From positions 1 through 34,188 of IMG/VR virus record IMGVR_UViG_3300033516_000033: DNA of 34,188 bases. The stretch is one strand, 5' to 3'. The notes beneath the pieces were generated by a model. The model was not told the origin of the DNA, made no database searches, and saw only the letters and a program-made list of their open reading frames with translations. A program made the position numbers and the translations under genes. Positions 1 through 8,664 of the stretch are shown here, piece after piece. This stretch comes from a virus (taxonomy: Duplodnaviria > Caudoviricetes). Within the stretch, counting starts at the first letter, position 1. Each line of letters starts with the position of its first letter.

Positions 1-210
1 ATTGCCAAGCGTCTTGAGAAAGAAGCCGAAGGTGAAGAAGGCGGCGGCGGCGGTGGTCTTGGTGGGGGAGGCGGTATAGGAGACATGGGCGGTGGTGGAG
101 GCGACATGGGCGCTCCACCTGACGCTGGCGGAGACGCAGGAGCAGACGCACCACCTGACGCTGGCGGAGACGCAGGCGCTCCACCACCAGATGAACCAAG
201 CCCAGCATAA
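1..210 (+). CDS. Portal protein (T4 gp20-like), C-terminal fragment with a Gly/Pro/Asp low-complexity tail
   Basis: Frame 1 is open from base 1 to TAA at 208-210 (IAKRLEKEAEGEEGGGG...PPPDEPSPA*). It lies directly upstream of the core/gp21/gp22/gp23 genes, where the portal sits in T4-like phages. The identity is inferred from synteny only. Confidence 0.6.
   Translation: MAKRLEKEAEGEEGGGGGGLGGGGGIGDMGGGGGDMGAPPDAGGDAGADAPPDAGGDAGAPPPDEPSPA
115..176 (+). repeat. 26-nt direct repeat (CCACCTGACGCTGGCGGAGACGCAGG x2, period 36) encoding PPDAGGDAG
   Basis: Identical copies at 115-140 and 151-176. Confidence 0.9.
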
Positions 211-219
211 GGATCTAAT

Positions 220-636
220 ATGGAACGTTTAGCAGAGCATAATTCATACATTACATTAAAGGCTCATAAAGTCGGACTATCCCCAGGTGACTTAGAAGGA
301 GCTTGGGATAACTCTGTCTCGCAACAAAAACTAGCAACACCAGAGTTACCAGAAACAGATCCAATGTTCACACGTAAAGTGATGGATATTTTCGATCAAA
401 AGGTAGACGCAATACACATTGACAAAGCAAGGGAAATAGTCATGGCAAGAGAAGAAATTACAAGACAAGGGCAAGAGTGGATAGATTCAATTGCCCAAGG
501 AAATTACGTTAAGGCTAATGAAGCTTTTCCAAAACTCGTAAAAGCATCGTTTAATAGTCTATTAGATTCGAAGGGAAAAGATTTCCTTACAAAGTTTGCT
601 GAAAAGATGAAGAATTCAAATCAACAATCAAAATAA
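220..636 (+). CDS. Hypothetical protein, probable prohead core protein (gp67/gp68 position)
   Basis: 138 aa ORF with an AGGA SD, between the putative portal and the prohead protease. Confidence 0.5.
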   Translation: MERLAEHNSYITLKAHKVGLSPGDLEGAWDNSVSQQKLATPELPETDPMFTRKVMDIFDQKVDAIHIDKAREIVMAREEITRQGQEWIDSIAQGNYVKANEAFPKLVKASFNSLLDSKGKDFLTKFAEKMKNSNQQSK

Positions 637-639
637 TAG

Positions 640-647
640 TATAAATA
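640..647 (+). promoter_or_regulatory. T4-type late promoter TATAAATA
   Basis: Exact consensus in the intergenic gap before gp21, followed by a GAGG SD. Confidence 0.8.
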
Positions 648-664
648 GTTTTAGAGGTTTTAAC

Positions 665-1420
665 ATGAAGCTATTTAAGCTCATCACCGAAGCGAACTCT
701 CCTAACTTTACAGCGATTAAAGACGTTGTAATACGTGAAGAGAAAATGGCTGACGGTTCAGTGAAGAAAGTAACTGAGATCGTTGGTCCTTTTATTCAGT
801 GTGAGGTTAAGAATAGAAATGGAAGAATTTATCCAAAGGCACTTATGGAAGAGTGCGTCCAGAAGTACGTAAATGAACGTATGACTGGAGACAAGAAACG
901 CTCATATGGCGAACTTGGTCATCCAGAAGGGATTGAAATAAACCTTCATCGCGTTTCTCATATGATTACCGAGTTGAGATGGGAAGGTAATAACGTACTA
1001 GGACGCGCAAAATTACTTGATACCGAGTACGGTCGCATCGCAGATACAATCATTAAGGCTGATGGACAACTCGGAACATCGTCACGTGGTATGGGTGCGT
1101 TGAACTCACCAAACCAACAGAAACCAGGGTTATATGAAGATGCGGTTACAAAATTTGGCGAGGATTCAAATATCGTTACCGAATTCGAATTAATTGCAGA
1201 AGATATAGTAGCAGACCCATCTGCACCACAAGGCTTCGTCAACGGCATATACGAGAATAGGGAATATATTATCCAAGGTGGACAGTATACAGAATCATCT
1301 CTAAAACGCTCGGTAAAAGCCTACGAAAATCTTGATCAAGCATTACGATCACTTCCAAAAAAAGATCGTAATGACTACTTGATTGAGTCAGTAGAAAAAT
1401 TTTTGAATGACTTAGCATAA
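665..1420 (+). CDS. gp21: Prohead core protease (T4 gp21-like)
   Basis: Motifs GPFIQCEVKNRNGRIYP, YGELGHP, VSH, LGTSSRGMG and DIVADPSAPQGFV; N-terminal KLITE. Confidence 0.95.
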   Translation: MKLFKLITEANSPNFTAIKDVVIREEKMADGSVKKVTEIVGPFIQCEVKNRNGRIYPKALMEECVQKYVNERMTGDKKRSYGELGHPEGIEINLHRVSHMITELRWEGNNVLGRAKLLDTEYGRIADTIIKADGQLGTSSRGMGALNSPNQQKPGLYEDAVTKFGEDSNIVTEFELIAEDIVADPSAPQGFVNGIYENREYIIQGGQYTESSLKRSVKAYENLDQALRSLPKKDRNDYLIESVEKFLNDLA

Positions 1421-1425
1421 ACCAA

Positions 1426-1433
1426 TATAAATA
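1426..1433 (+). promoter_or_regulatory. T4-type late promoter TATAAATA
   Basis: Exact consensus in the gap before the scaffold gene, followed by a GGGAG SD. Confidence 0.8.
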
Positions 1434-1455
1434 TATAATAATCAGGGAGCATCCT

Positions 1456-2544
1456 ATGAACGAACTCGTTGCAGAACTTTTTAAAGGTATCGACCAGAAG
1501 TTGATTTCCGAAGAAGTAAAAGCAAAGGTTGTCGAAATGATCGGCAAAACCGTTGATGCCCGCGTTGACGCAAAGACCAACGATGTACAGTCTAAGAATA
1601 AGATTCTTTCGGAAGAGAACGCCAAGCTCGTTGCAGAAATGGCAAGACTCAAGAAGGACGTAGAAGAGAAAGAAGCTTTCCTCAAGGAAGCCGCCTACGA
1701 CCTCGGACGCAACATGAGCGCAGAGTATGCGGAGAAAGAAGCTATTCTTTTCGAAACTGTAAAAGAATACCAAAATGTCACAGCAGAAGTCCTTAAGGAA
1801 ACTGCCGGTGAATATCGCGCAATGCTTGAGAGCGAGGCTCTTGGTGCTGCCGAAGAATACAAAACTTTCATTGAGTCCACCGCGCAGGAAGCTGCCGCTG
1901 AATTCAAGAAAATGCGTCAGGAAGCCGACGCACAAACGTTGACGAAGTTCAAGACTGATCTTATTGAGAAAGCCGACCAGTACATGCAGGCGGAACTCAC
2001 CAAGACCATTCCAAAGAACATTTTTGAGGCTGCCGCAAAAGCTGCTGCGCTTGAGCCGCTGGTCGAGGGCATGGTTCATGTCATCGAACAGCACGGAATC
2101 AGTGTCGATAAGACTGGTTTCGAATCACTCAAGGTAGCAAAACAAGAAAATGTCAAGCTCTCTGAGTCCTTCAATGCGAAGGTTCAAGAGACTGTGAAGC
2201 TTGGCGCACGGGTTAAGGCGTTAGAGAAGCAAGTTAAGTTAACACAGCTTACGGAAGGCATGACACAGGCTCAGAAGTCAAAAGCAGTAAAGCTTTTGGA
2301 ATCCTCTTCCGTTGAAGAACTTGAAACAAAATTCAAGGCAATCAAGGATATTATCATCGAACAATCGGTGAAGCCAAAAATAGTGAGTGTAAAAGATGTA
2401 AAGCAAACTCAAGCAACTGAGTTGGTTGCAAAGAGACAGGTTGATCGCATTGTTGAGAATATCAACAAAAAGCCAGCCGAAAGCCAAGCATCGTCAGAAA
2501 TGGATACATGGTCCAGTAACCTCGACCGCATGATCCGCCAATAA
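1456..2544 (+). CDS. gp22: Prohead core scaffold protein (T4 gp22-like)
   Basis: E/K/A-rich coiled-coil between gp21 and gp23; many L/I-x-E sites; LTEGMTQAQKSK segment typical of gp22. Confidence 0.85.
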   Translation: MNELVAELFKGIDQKLISEEVKAKVVEMIGKTVDARVDAKTNDVQSKNKILSEENAKLVAEMARLKKDVEEKEAFLKEAAYDLGRNMSAEYAEKEAILFETVKEYQNVTAEVLKETAGEYRAMLESEALGAAEEYKTFIESTAQEAAAEFKKMRQEADAQTLTKFKTDLIEKADQYMQAELTKTIPKNIFEAAAKAAALEPLVEGMVHVIEQHGISVDKTGFESLKVAKQENVKLSESFNAKVQETVKLGARVKALEKQVKLTQLTEGMTQAQKSKAVKLLESSSVEELETKFKAIKDIIIEQSVKPKIVSVKDVKQTQATELVAKRQVDRIVENINKKPAESQASSEMDTWSSNLDRMIRQ

Positions 2545-2574
2545 ACCCTTAACCTTACAAACAAGGAAAAGAAT

Positions 2575-4038
2575 ATGTCACAAGCAAGAGCATTCAGAGA
2601 CGCCCTCCGCAAGAAGTGGGCACCTCTCACAAAGCACATCAAGAAGGACTCAACTGTTGATACAGTTTCAGTTCTCCTTGAAATGGAAAACCGTTACTTC
2701 AAAGACCCAGGTCGCGTAACCGGTCCTCTCCACGAATCATTTAACGTATCGGGTTCCGATGCAGCCGGTGTAGGCTCAGCATCGTATAACGCAAATTGTG
2801 GTGCCCCAGGCGCAGCAGGTATCGCCCGCTTCAAGCCTATCGCAATGCCACTCGTTGCCCGTATCTTCCCTGAGTTGGTCGCCAATGAAATCGTCGGCGT
2901 TCAGCCCATGTTCACACCCGTAGGTCTTGCATTCGCATTGCGCTACCGCTACCAGAGCGGCGACTATGCTGGTCAAGAAGCTGGTTACAACACCGTACAC
3001 TCGTTGTACTCTGGTGTTGAGCCCGCATCGGCTGCTGGTATGACTGGTGCAACTCTCCCAACTTCAGCCAACTTTGCAGCAGCAGCACTTGATCAGGCTG
3101 GCAGAGTCAAGGGTGGAATGCGTGACGCAGGCGCACTCGGCGCAGGATACAAGCCAGGATACATCACCAACGAAGGTGAAACCCTTGGTGAACTCCGTGA
3201 CGTATGTGGAACTGGCGTTCCAGAACAAATGCGTTACATGGGATTGACCATTGAGCGTCAGGAAATCACAGCAAAGACACGTAAGCTTGCTGCACGTTGG
3301 ACCTATGAGGCTCAGCAAGACATCGCCAACATGCACAACATCGACATCCAAGAGCAGCTTTCAGACCTCTTGGCATACGAAGTTGCCGCAGAAATCGATG
3401 CCGAAGTCAAGAACAACATCATCGAACTCGCAAAGGTCGGTGGCGTTTACACATGGAACTACGGAACTGTCCATGCTACAGACGGAACCGCAGACGGACG
3501 CTGGGAACAGGAAAAGTTCCGCACCTTGTACACCTTGCTCGTCAAGGCATCGAATGACATTGCACGCGCAACCCGTCGTGGCGCTGGTAACTTCATCCTT
3601 GCAAGTGCAAACGTAATCACCGCGTTGGAAGGACTTGAGCAGTTCGCTCTCTCGTCAGTCGCAACAAATCTCTCGTCAGAGGTTTCGGGTGTTACCAAGG
3701 TTGGAACCATCGGTCGCTTCACCGTCTATCGTGACGTATTCGCAGCGGTCGATTACGCAGTAGTCGGATACAAGGGATCGAAGGACACCGACTCGGGTGT
3801 TATCTACTGCCCATACGTTCCATTGATGTTCATGGAAGCAGTTGGTCCAGATTCGTTCAACCCACGTATCGGCGTCATGACACGTTACGGTATCTGCAAC
3901 AACCTCTTTGGTGCAGAAAACTACTACCGCTACATCAGTGTCAACCTCGGTAACAGCACAATCGCTGGTTACGACAACGCAGGTTACGCTCCTAGCGCCC
4001 CAACTGGCGTCTCGGGTAACGGAATCGTCTACCCATAA
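2575..4038 (+). CDS. gp23: Major capsid protein (T4 gp23-like)
   Basis: Motifs KKWAP, EIVGVQPM, AFALRYRY, AKTRKLAARWTYEAQQD, TRRGAGNF, YCPYVPL and FNPRIGVMTRYG. Confidence 0.98.
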   Translation: MSQARAFRDALRKKWAPLTKHIKKDSTVDTVSVLLEMENRYFKDPGRVTGPLHESFNVSGSDAAGVGSASYNANCGAPGAAGIARFKPIAMPLVARIFPELVANEIVGVQPMFTPVGLAFALRYRYQSGDYAGQEAGYNTVHSLYSGVEPASAAGMTGATLPTSANFAAAALDQAGRVKGGMRDAGALGAGYKPGYITNEGETLGELRDVCGTGVPEQMRYMGLTIERQEITAKTRKLAARWTYEAQQDIANMHNIDIQEQLSDLLAYEVAAEIDAEVKNNIIELAKVGGVYTWNYGTVHATDGTADGRWEQEKFRTLYTLLVKASNDIARATRRGAGNFILASANVITALEGLEQFALSSVATNLSSEVSGVTKVGTIGRFTVYRDVFAAVDYAVVGYKGSKDTDSGVIYCPYVPLMFMEAVGPDSFNPRIGVMTRYGICNNLFGAENYYRYISVNLGNSTIAGYDNAGYAPSAPTGVSGNGIVYP

Positions 4039-4064
4039 TCTGAGGATTATCGGTAAGCAAATGG

Positions 4065-4101
4065 GAAACCCCTCGGCAATGCCGGGGGGTTTCTTTTTTT
4101 T
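4065..4101 (+). terminator. Rho-independent terminator after the major capsid gene
   Basis: GAAACCCCTCGGC-AAT-GCCGGGGGGTTTC hairpin (one G-U pair) followed by a T run. Confidence 0.9.
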
Positions 4102-4116
4102 GATAGAATTATTTTA

Positions 4117-4125
4117 TGCTATAAT
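4117..4125 (+). promoter_or_regulatory. Extended -10 promoter TGcTATAAT (sigma70-like), probably giving a leaderless transcript
   Basis: TGCTATAAT ends 6 nt before ATG 4132; no SD is visible. Confidence 0.55.
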
Positions 4126-4131
4126 ATAATC

Positions 4132-4599
4132 ATGAGTACCAATCCAGATCCAGAAGATGCTTTAGACCCATCGAATTTTGATATTCCAAATTTGAATAAT
4201 CTTCCCGATATGCCGTCTATTAAGCGTAGCGAAATCATTGTTCCGGCTAAAGAGTCACTTCACAATGCTAGTATTTCACAGGGTGAGGTCAAGAAAGATT
4301 ATCGTTCAAGAGTCGAAGCCCAGGATGTAATTCGGGCAAGGTATCTTGCTCAGATTAAACGTGACCGCGAGGCATTAAGAAAAGAACCTAAAATAATCAA
4401 ACTTAAGATTCGTAATCTTAAGGATCAACATGACGCATGCCAGGAATCTTTGCACTATGCCAAGCAAGATTATGAGACTCTATTAAATAAGGCGGATATA
4501 ACAGGAAAAGCATCAGCGGCTAAAGAAATAATGGAACGTATAGAAAAGGAGATTTACGATATTCGTCGTGATATTTCGGATCTTGAGGCACTTCTCTAA
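4132..4599 (+). CDS. Hypothetical coiled-coil protein
   Basis: 155 aa ORF; TAATG coupling to the next gene. Confidence 0.75.
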   Translation: MSTNPDPEDALDPSNFDIPNLNNLPDMPSIKRSEIIVPAKESLHNASISQGEVKKDYRSRVEAQDVIRARYLAQIKRDREALRKEPKIIKLKIRNLKDQHDACQESLHYAKQDYETLLNKADITGKASAAKEIMERIEKEIYDIRRDISDLEALL

Positions 4600-5168
4600 T
4601 GGCTAAAGGTTACTTTAAACGTATAGATCCAACACCATATAGGGTCCGTTTAGAATTAACAGGACCAGTGACTATTGTTCAACAGAACGAGGTCATATAC
4701 GCAGATGTATCAACTTTCAAAGATGTTATAGGATTTGTGTTTGTTGGGTGGCAACCACCAGCCCCACCTAAACCAGAAGGACTTTCATTGGATCCTTTGA
4801 ACCCCTCAGATGTTCCTGGTTTTCATAATATAGTTGCTGTGGGAGGATCTCGTCAAGCCCCGCATAAGGTGTTCTTAGAGAATCTAAAAAAAGAAAAAGA
4901 AAACCCGAAGTTAACAGAAATCAAGTTTACCGAAGATGTTGTGGAAGTGTCTGTACCCCCAGAAAAGACCCCGCAAGATAAAGAAAACTGTAATAAGGCT
5001 CTCATAGAGTACCTAAGTAAATTGGATAACAAGAAATGGTTTGTAATGAAGAAGGAAGATGCTCGGGATTATATCGACCGTCTTGGTATTGATAGATCAA
5101 ATCTTCCAAATAGTAAAAACGAATTTATTAAGCTACTAAAGGATTATATTAAGTCCATAGGTAATTGA
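4599..5168 (+). CDS. Hypothetical protein
   Basis: 189 aa ORF, translationally coupled to the upstream ORF. Confidence 0.75.
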   Translation: MAKGYFKRIDPTPYRVRLELTGPVTIVQQNEVIYADVSTFKDVIGFVFVGWQPPAPPKPEGLSLDPLNPSDVPGFHNIVAVGGSRQAPHKVFLENLKKEKENPKLTEIKFTEDVVEVSVPPEKTPQDKENCNKALIEYLSKLDNKKWFVMKKEDARDYIDRLGIDRSNLPNSKNEFIKLLKDYIKSIGN

Positions 5169-5175
5169 TATTTTA

Positions 5176-5183
5176 TATAAATA
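5176..5183 (+). promoter_or_regulatory. T4-type late promoter TATAAATA
   Basis: Exact consensus, then a GAGGA SD and ATG 5201. Confidence 0.8.
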
Positions 5184-5200
5184 CAGAACGAGGAACCTAT

Positions 5201-6160
5201 ATGATCCCACAGAAAAGGGCAGAATTGAGTGAGTGGATCAGGCAGGAGCTTGGAGAGCCTGTTTTTGACGCCATTCCTATCGCTGGCATACAGATTGAAA
5301 ACGCCATTGACGATGCTATCGACTATTACCAGACATTTGGTGGTAACTTTGCTAATGAGACACAATATGTTGTTATTAATACCGCTCCTATTTCAGCCGC
5401 TGGTCCATGTGAACTCCCCGGCAGTCCATTTTCATTTTGTGACCCAACAATAGCAGCCCCATTTTTAATAAATAAATCAGAGTGGCAGCTTCCAAAAAGC
5501 GTCTTATCAGTTGTTGAGGCACTTCCAGGTAATACCGGGGCGTTTGGTGCAGCAACATGGCTTACACAAGCACCTGGGCAAGACATTATCGAACGTGGAT
5601 TAAACGCAGCAGAGTCTATATCTAATGTAGCCATGGGAAACCTCGTCGGCGGCGGTCCTATTAATACTTCTACCAATAACTACACTGGTATGTTTTTCCC
5701 AGGAACTATTTATTCTGGAGGCGGCTACGGCACACGTGGCGGTACTCGCGCCGACGGCGGCGGCATGGATGTCATTTCCATGGAACTTGGTATGCAATAT
5801 ATGGAAATGCTCAATAAGCGGTATCGTATTCATGTGAGATTGGATTTTCATAAAGCAACAAGGAAGCTTCGCATCGCACCACCTCCTAAACAGGTAGGAG
5901 CATACGTTATTCAGGTAGTTGCAAGAGTTCCTCCAGAGGCACTTTACGATGACTTCTATATTCGCCAATATTCTCTCGCACTTGCCATGATGCAAGTAGG
6001 AAGAACCTTACAGCTTTACAAAGGACAAAAATTTGTTGGTGGAGTTGAATTCAATGGAGACTTCTACTATAACGAAGGTAAGGCTGAGCGAGACAAGTTG
6101 AAAGAAGAACTTTTAGCAAACGGCTGGGGCGAACCACCTCAAGCATTTTACATAGGATAA
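5201..6160 (+). CDS. gp13: Neck protein (T4 gp13-like head-tail adaptor)
   Basis: IRQELGEPV...QIENAIDDAIDYY N-terminus and YIRQYSLAL...GGVEFNG...PPQAFYIG C-terminus match the gp13 pattern. Start moved from 5165 to ATG 5201, which has an SD and lies downstream of the promoter. Confidence 0.88.
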   Translation: MIPQKRAELSEWIRQELGEPVFDAIPIAGIQIENAIDDAIDYYQTFGGNFANETQYVVINTAPISAAGPCELPGSPFSFCDPTIAAPFLINKSEWQLPKSVLSVVEALPGNTGAFGAATWLTQAPGQDIIERGLNAAESISNVAMGNLVGGGPINTSTNNYTGMFFPGTIYSGGGYGTRGGTRADGGGMDVISMELGMQYMEMLNKRYRIHVRLDFHKATRKLRIAPPPKQVGAYVIQVVARVPPEALYDDFYIRQYSLALAMMQVGRTLQLYKGQKFVGGVEFNGDFYYNEGKAERDKLKEELLANGWGEPPQAFYIG

Positions 6161-6168
6161 AAAAACAC

Positions 6169-7908
6169 ATGGATAAGACATACGAATTACTTAAAGAGTC
6201 GTGGAATGCGATGCTTGAGGAAGAAAACTCACTCATCATCCAACCACCAGCAACTCAAGATGTACCACTATCAAATGACAGTGGCGGAATGCTTGAGGAC
6301 GACGCACCAGCGGCTCCCGCCACTGACGGAGAGGCTGGAGGTCCACCACCAGCTATGCACAATATGCCGGATTGTCCTATTTGCCAATTCAATGAGGATT
6401 TTTGGAGTGAAGATGAAGAAGGTGGTGAAGAACCAGTCGCTCCAGAGGTTGTTTCTGAATTGACAGCCAAAGGAGATTTAGAAGATCCAGATATTGCTGG
6501 GTTATCGATGGAACCAGATCAAAAAAGTGATCGATTCAACAGAGACATATATAAGAAGGAATTGGGTAAGTACGCCGACCCAGATAAAGCAAATATAGGA
6601 AAGTTTAATGTTCCTGCTGGTGCAAGCAAATCAGATAAGAAGGCTATTGATAGGGCGGCTGGTAAAGTTGCCACATTAACTAAGCAAGCTGGGCAGAGCG
6701 CATCTGATAGAGAAGCAGGAAATAACGGAGAAGATGAGTTGTTATTTGATCCAGTTAGACAAGGACCAGCAACATACGGGGATATGGCTGGACACCGTGA
6801 CGTTCCCGATGATGTAATTGGAAAGTCGGGAATTAATATTGCAGCAGATCCAGACGCTTACTTAGATCATTTAAAGCAGCTTATGCTCTCTGAACCGTCA
6901 GACGATAAGTTATTCGGACAAAACGGTAAGCTTGCTAAATCTGGTGATCCAACAACTATATTCTACGATTTTACGCTCCCAGCATACAAGGGAATCTATT
7001 ACTCAAAGAAGTTCGATGATTTCCAAATGTTAACTACTTGCCCAAGTGCAAAAGATTGTAAGAAGTTCTGCTACGCAAGAAAGGGAAATTTCACACAATA
7101 TCCTAAGAACAACCTTCCTCGTTCAAATATGCTTTCGTTCCTCATGAATGAACCACAAAGGTTTGTTCAAAAGATGGTTGCTCAAATAAAGAAGGTTGCT
7201 GCAACACAACTTAAGAAGGGTAAGAAACTATACTTTAGATGGCATGATAGTGGAGATTTCTTCTCACCAACATATGCAAGGATTGCTTTTTACATTGCGC
7301 GTCAAACCCCCGGCGTATTGCATTATGCGTACACCAAACAAGCAGAAATGTTTAAGGGCGGGGAGGTCGGAGAAAAGCCAGATAACTTTACTTTGAACTT
7401 CTCGTTTGGTGGTAAAAACGACAGAGCGATTGATATGAATTCTGATAAATTTAGCCTTGTTATCAAACCAGAAACTGACTTACCATTTGCCCTTGGTCAA
7501 TTCAAGAAGTCGTGGAAGAATCTCATGGATTCACAAACAGAATTGAAGAAGGCTGGTAGTGCAGTTAAGAAAGCGAAAGCTGGGGTTAAAAAAGCAACCA
7601 CGCCAGAAGCACAGGGACAAGCTAACTTTGCTGTAGAATCCGCTACGAAGTCGTATCAAGCAGTTGATATGAAAGTAGACGCTGCTCTTAAGCAGCTTGA
7701 CAGTGTATGTATGGACGAAACATTTAGAGCAAACTTAGAGAAGAAGTTTAAGCTTCCCGCTGGTTCGGTTATAACGTATTACGAAATGGTCGATAAACCA
7801 GAAGATCAAAGTGTACAGACAAAGTGGAACGTACTTGTTTATCCAGGCTGTGGTGATATTTCAGCAGCAAGACGCGACGTTGCAGGAACATTACTCTTAA
7901 TCCACTAA
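6169..7908 (+). CDS. Phage gp88-like protein with a 3-Cys motif and an acidic N-terminal extension
   Basis: CPSAKDCKKFCYARKG (~7039-7086), YFRWHDSGDFFS (~7231-7266) and HYAYTK resemble the phage GP88 family. Confidence 0.65.
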   Translation: MDKTYELLKESWNAMLEEENSLIIQPPATQDVPLSNDSGGMLEDDAPAAPATDGEAGGPPPAMHNMPDCPICQFNEDFWSEDEEGGEEPVAPEVVSELTAKGDLEDPDIAGLSMEPDQKSDRFNRDIYKKELGKYADPDKANIGKFNVPAGASKSDKKAIDRAAGKVATLTKQAGQSASDREAGNNGEDELLFDPVRQGPATYGDMAGHRDVPDDVIGKSGINIAADPDAYLDHLKQLMLSEPSDDKLFGQNGKLAKSGDPTTIFYDFTLPAYKGIYYSKKFDDFQMLTTCPSAKDCKKFCYARKGNFTQYPKNNLPRSNMLSFLMNEPQRFVQKMVAQIKKVAATQLKKGKKLYFRWHDSGDFFSPTYARIAFYIARQTPGVLHYAYTKQAEMFKGGEVGEKPDNFTLNFSFGGKNDRAIDMNSDKFSLVIKPETDLPFALGQFKKSWKNLMDSQTELKKAGSAVKKAKAGVKKATTPEAQGQANFAVESATKSYQAVDMKVDAALKQLDSVCMDETFRANLEKKFKLPAGSVITYYEMVDKPEDQSVQTKWNVLVYPGCGDISAARRDVAGTLLLIH

Positions 7909-7914
7909 TATACC

Positions 7915-8664
7915 ATGACAGATCAACTTGATAAGGTACAGTATTTTCCACAGGGCATGGGTCCACAGTTCATGGGTAACACCATGCAGACTATGGACAA
8001 GATGCAAGCGGAAATGATAAAAGTCTATGGGATTCCCATGGACTACTATCCTGTTGAAGTTGATATTAACAAAGATGTAGCGTTTGGTGAGGATACTAAC
8101 AAACGCTACATGCGTAAGTTCCAGATCAAGGGTAAGATTGATAACGACGGGTTTGATGAGAACCTGTTATACACAGGATTTAGTGAATTGAATAATATAG
8201 AATTCAGAATCTTCCTACACCTTCCAAGTTTCGTTAAAGAAATTGGAAGAGAGCCTATGGCGGGCGATCAGTTCTATTTACCATTTAACTCTTCATTTGT
8301 TTATGAAGTATCACACGCTGTCCATGCTGCTCTTGGTCGAGCAGGAAATCTTTTTGGAATGAAGAGTCTCTTTGTTATCAACTGTCGTGAGCGTGCTGTT
8401 TCAGTTCACTCAGCGGGATATGGAGAACGCTTCGGTGTATTGGATAGTCAAGGTAAGTTACGTCCAGATGCTCCACCAGATGCTCTTGTTAATGACGGAT
8501 CTGGTCGCGTTGCTTCTAAGTACGATGTTCAGCAGCCTCAAGTATCCCCATTGGTGATGCATGACAACGAAGGAATTAAGAAAGCTGTTGATGGTACTGG
8601 TCAAGGTGATGGTATCGCAGTTCCTAAGTCAGATTTTATCAAGGATAAGTGGGGGAACTGGTAA
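7915..8664 (+). CDS. gp14: Neck protein (T4 gp14-like head closure protein)
   Basis: EMIKVYGIPMDYYP, FGED, and EPMAGDQFYLPF...YEV motifs; position in the gp13-gp15 block. Confidence 0.85.
   Translation: MTDQLDKVQYFPQGMGPQFMGNTMQTMDKMQAEMIKVYGIPMDYYPVEVDINKDVAFGEDTNKRYMRKFQIKGKIDNDGFDENLLYTGFSELNNIEFRIFLHLPSFVKEIGREPMAGDQFYLPFNSSFVYEVSHAVHAALGRAGNLFGMKSLFVINCRERAVSVHSAGYGERFGVLDSQGKLRPDAPPDALVNDGSGRVASKYDVQQPQVSPLVMHDNEGIKKAVDGTGQGDGIAVPKSDFIKDKWGNW

Noticed and set aside
5165-5200. ORF-track start for gp13 at 5165
   Set aside because: This segment contains the late promoter and SD; ATG 5201 is the better start.
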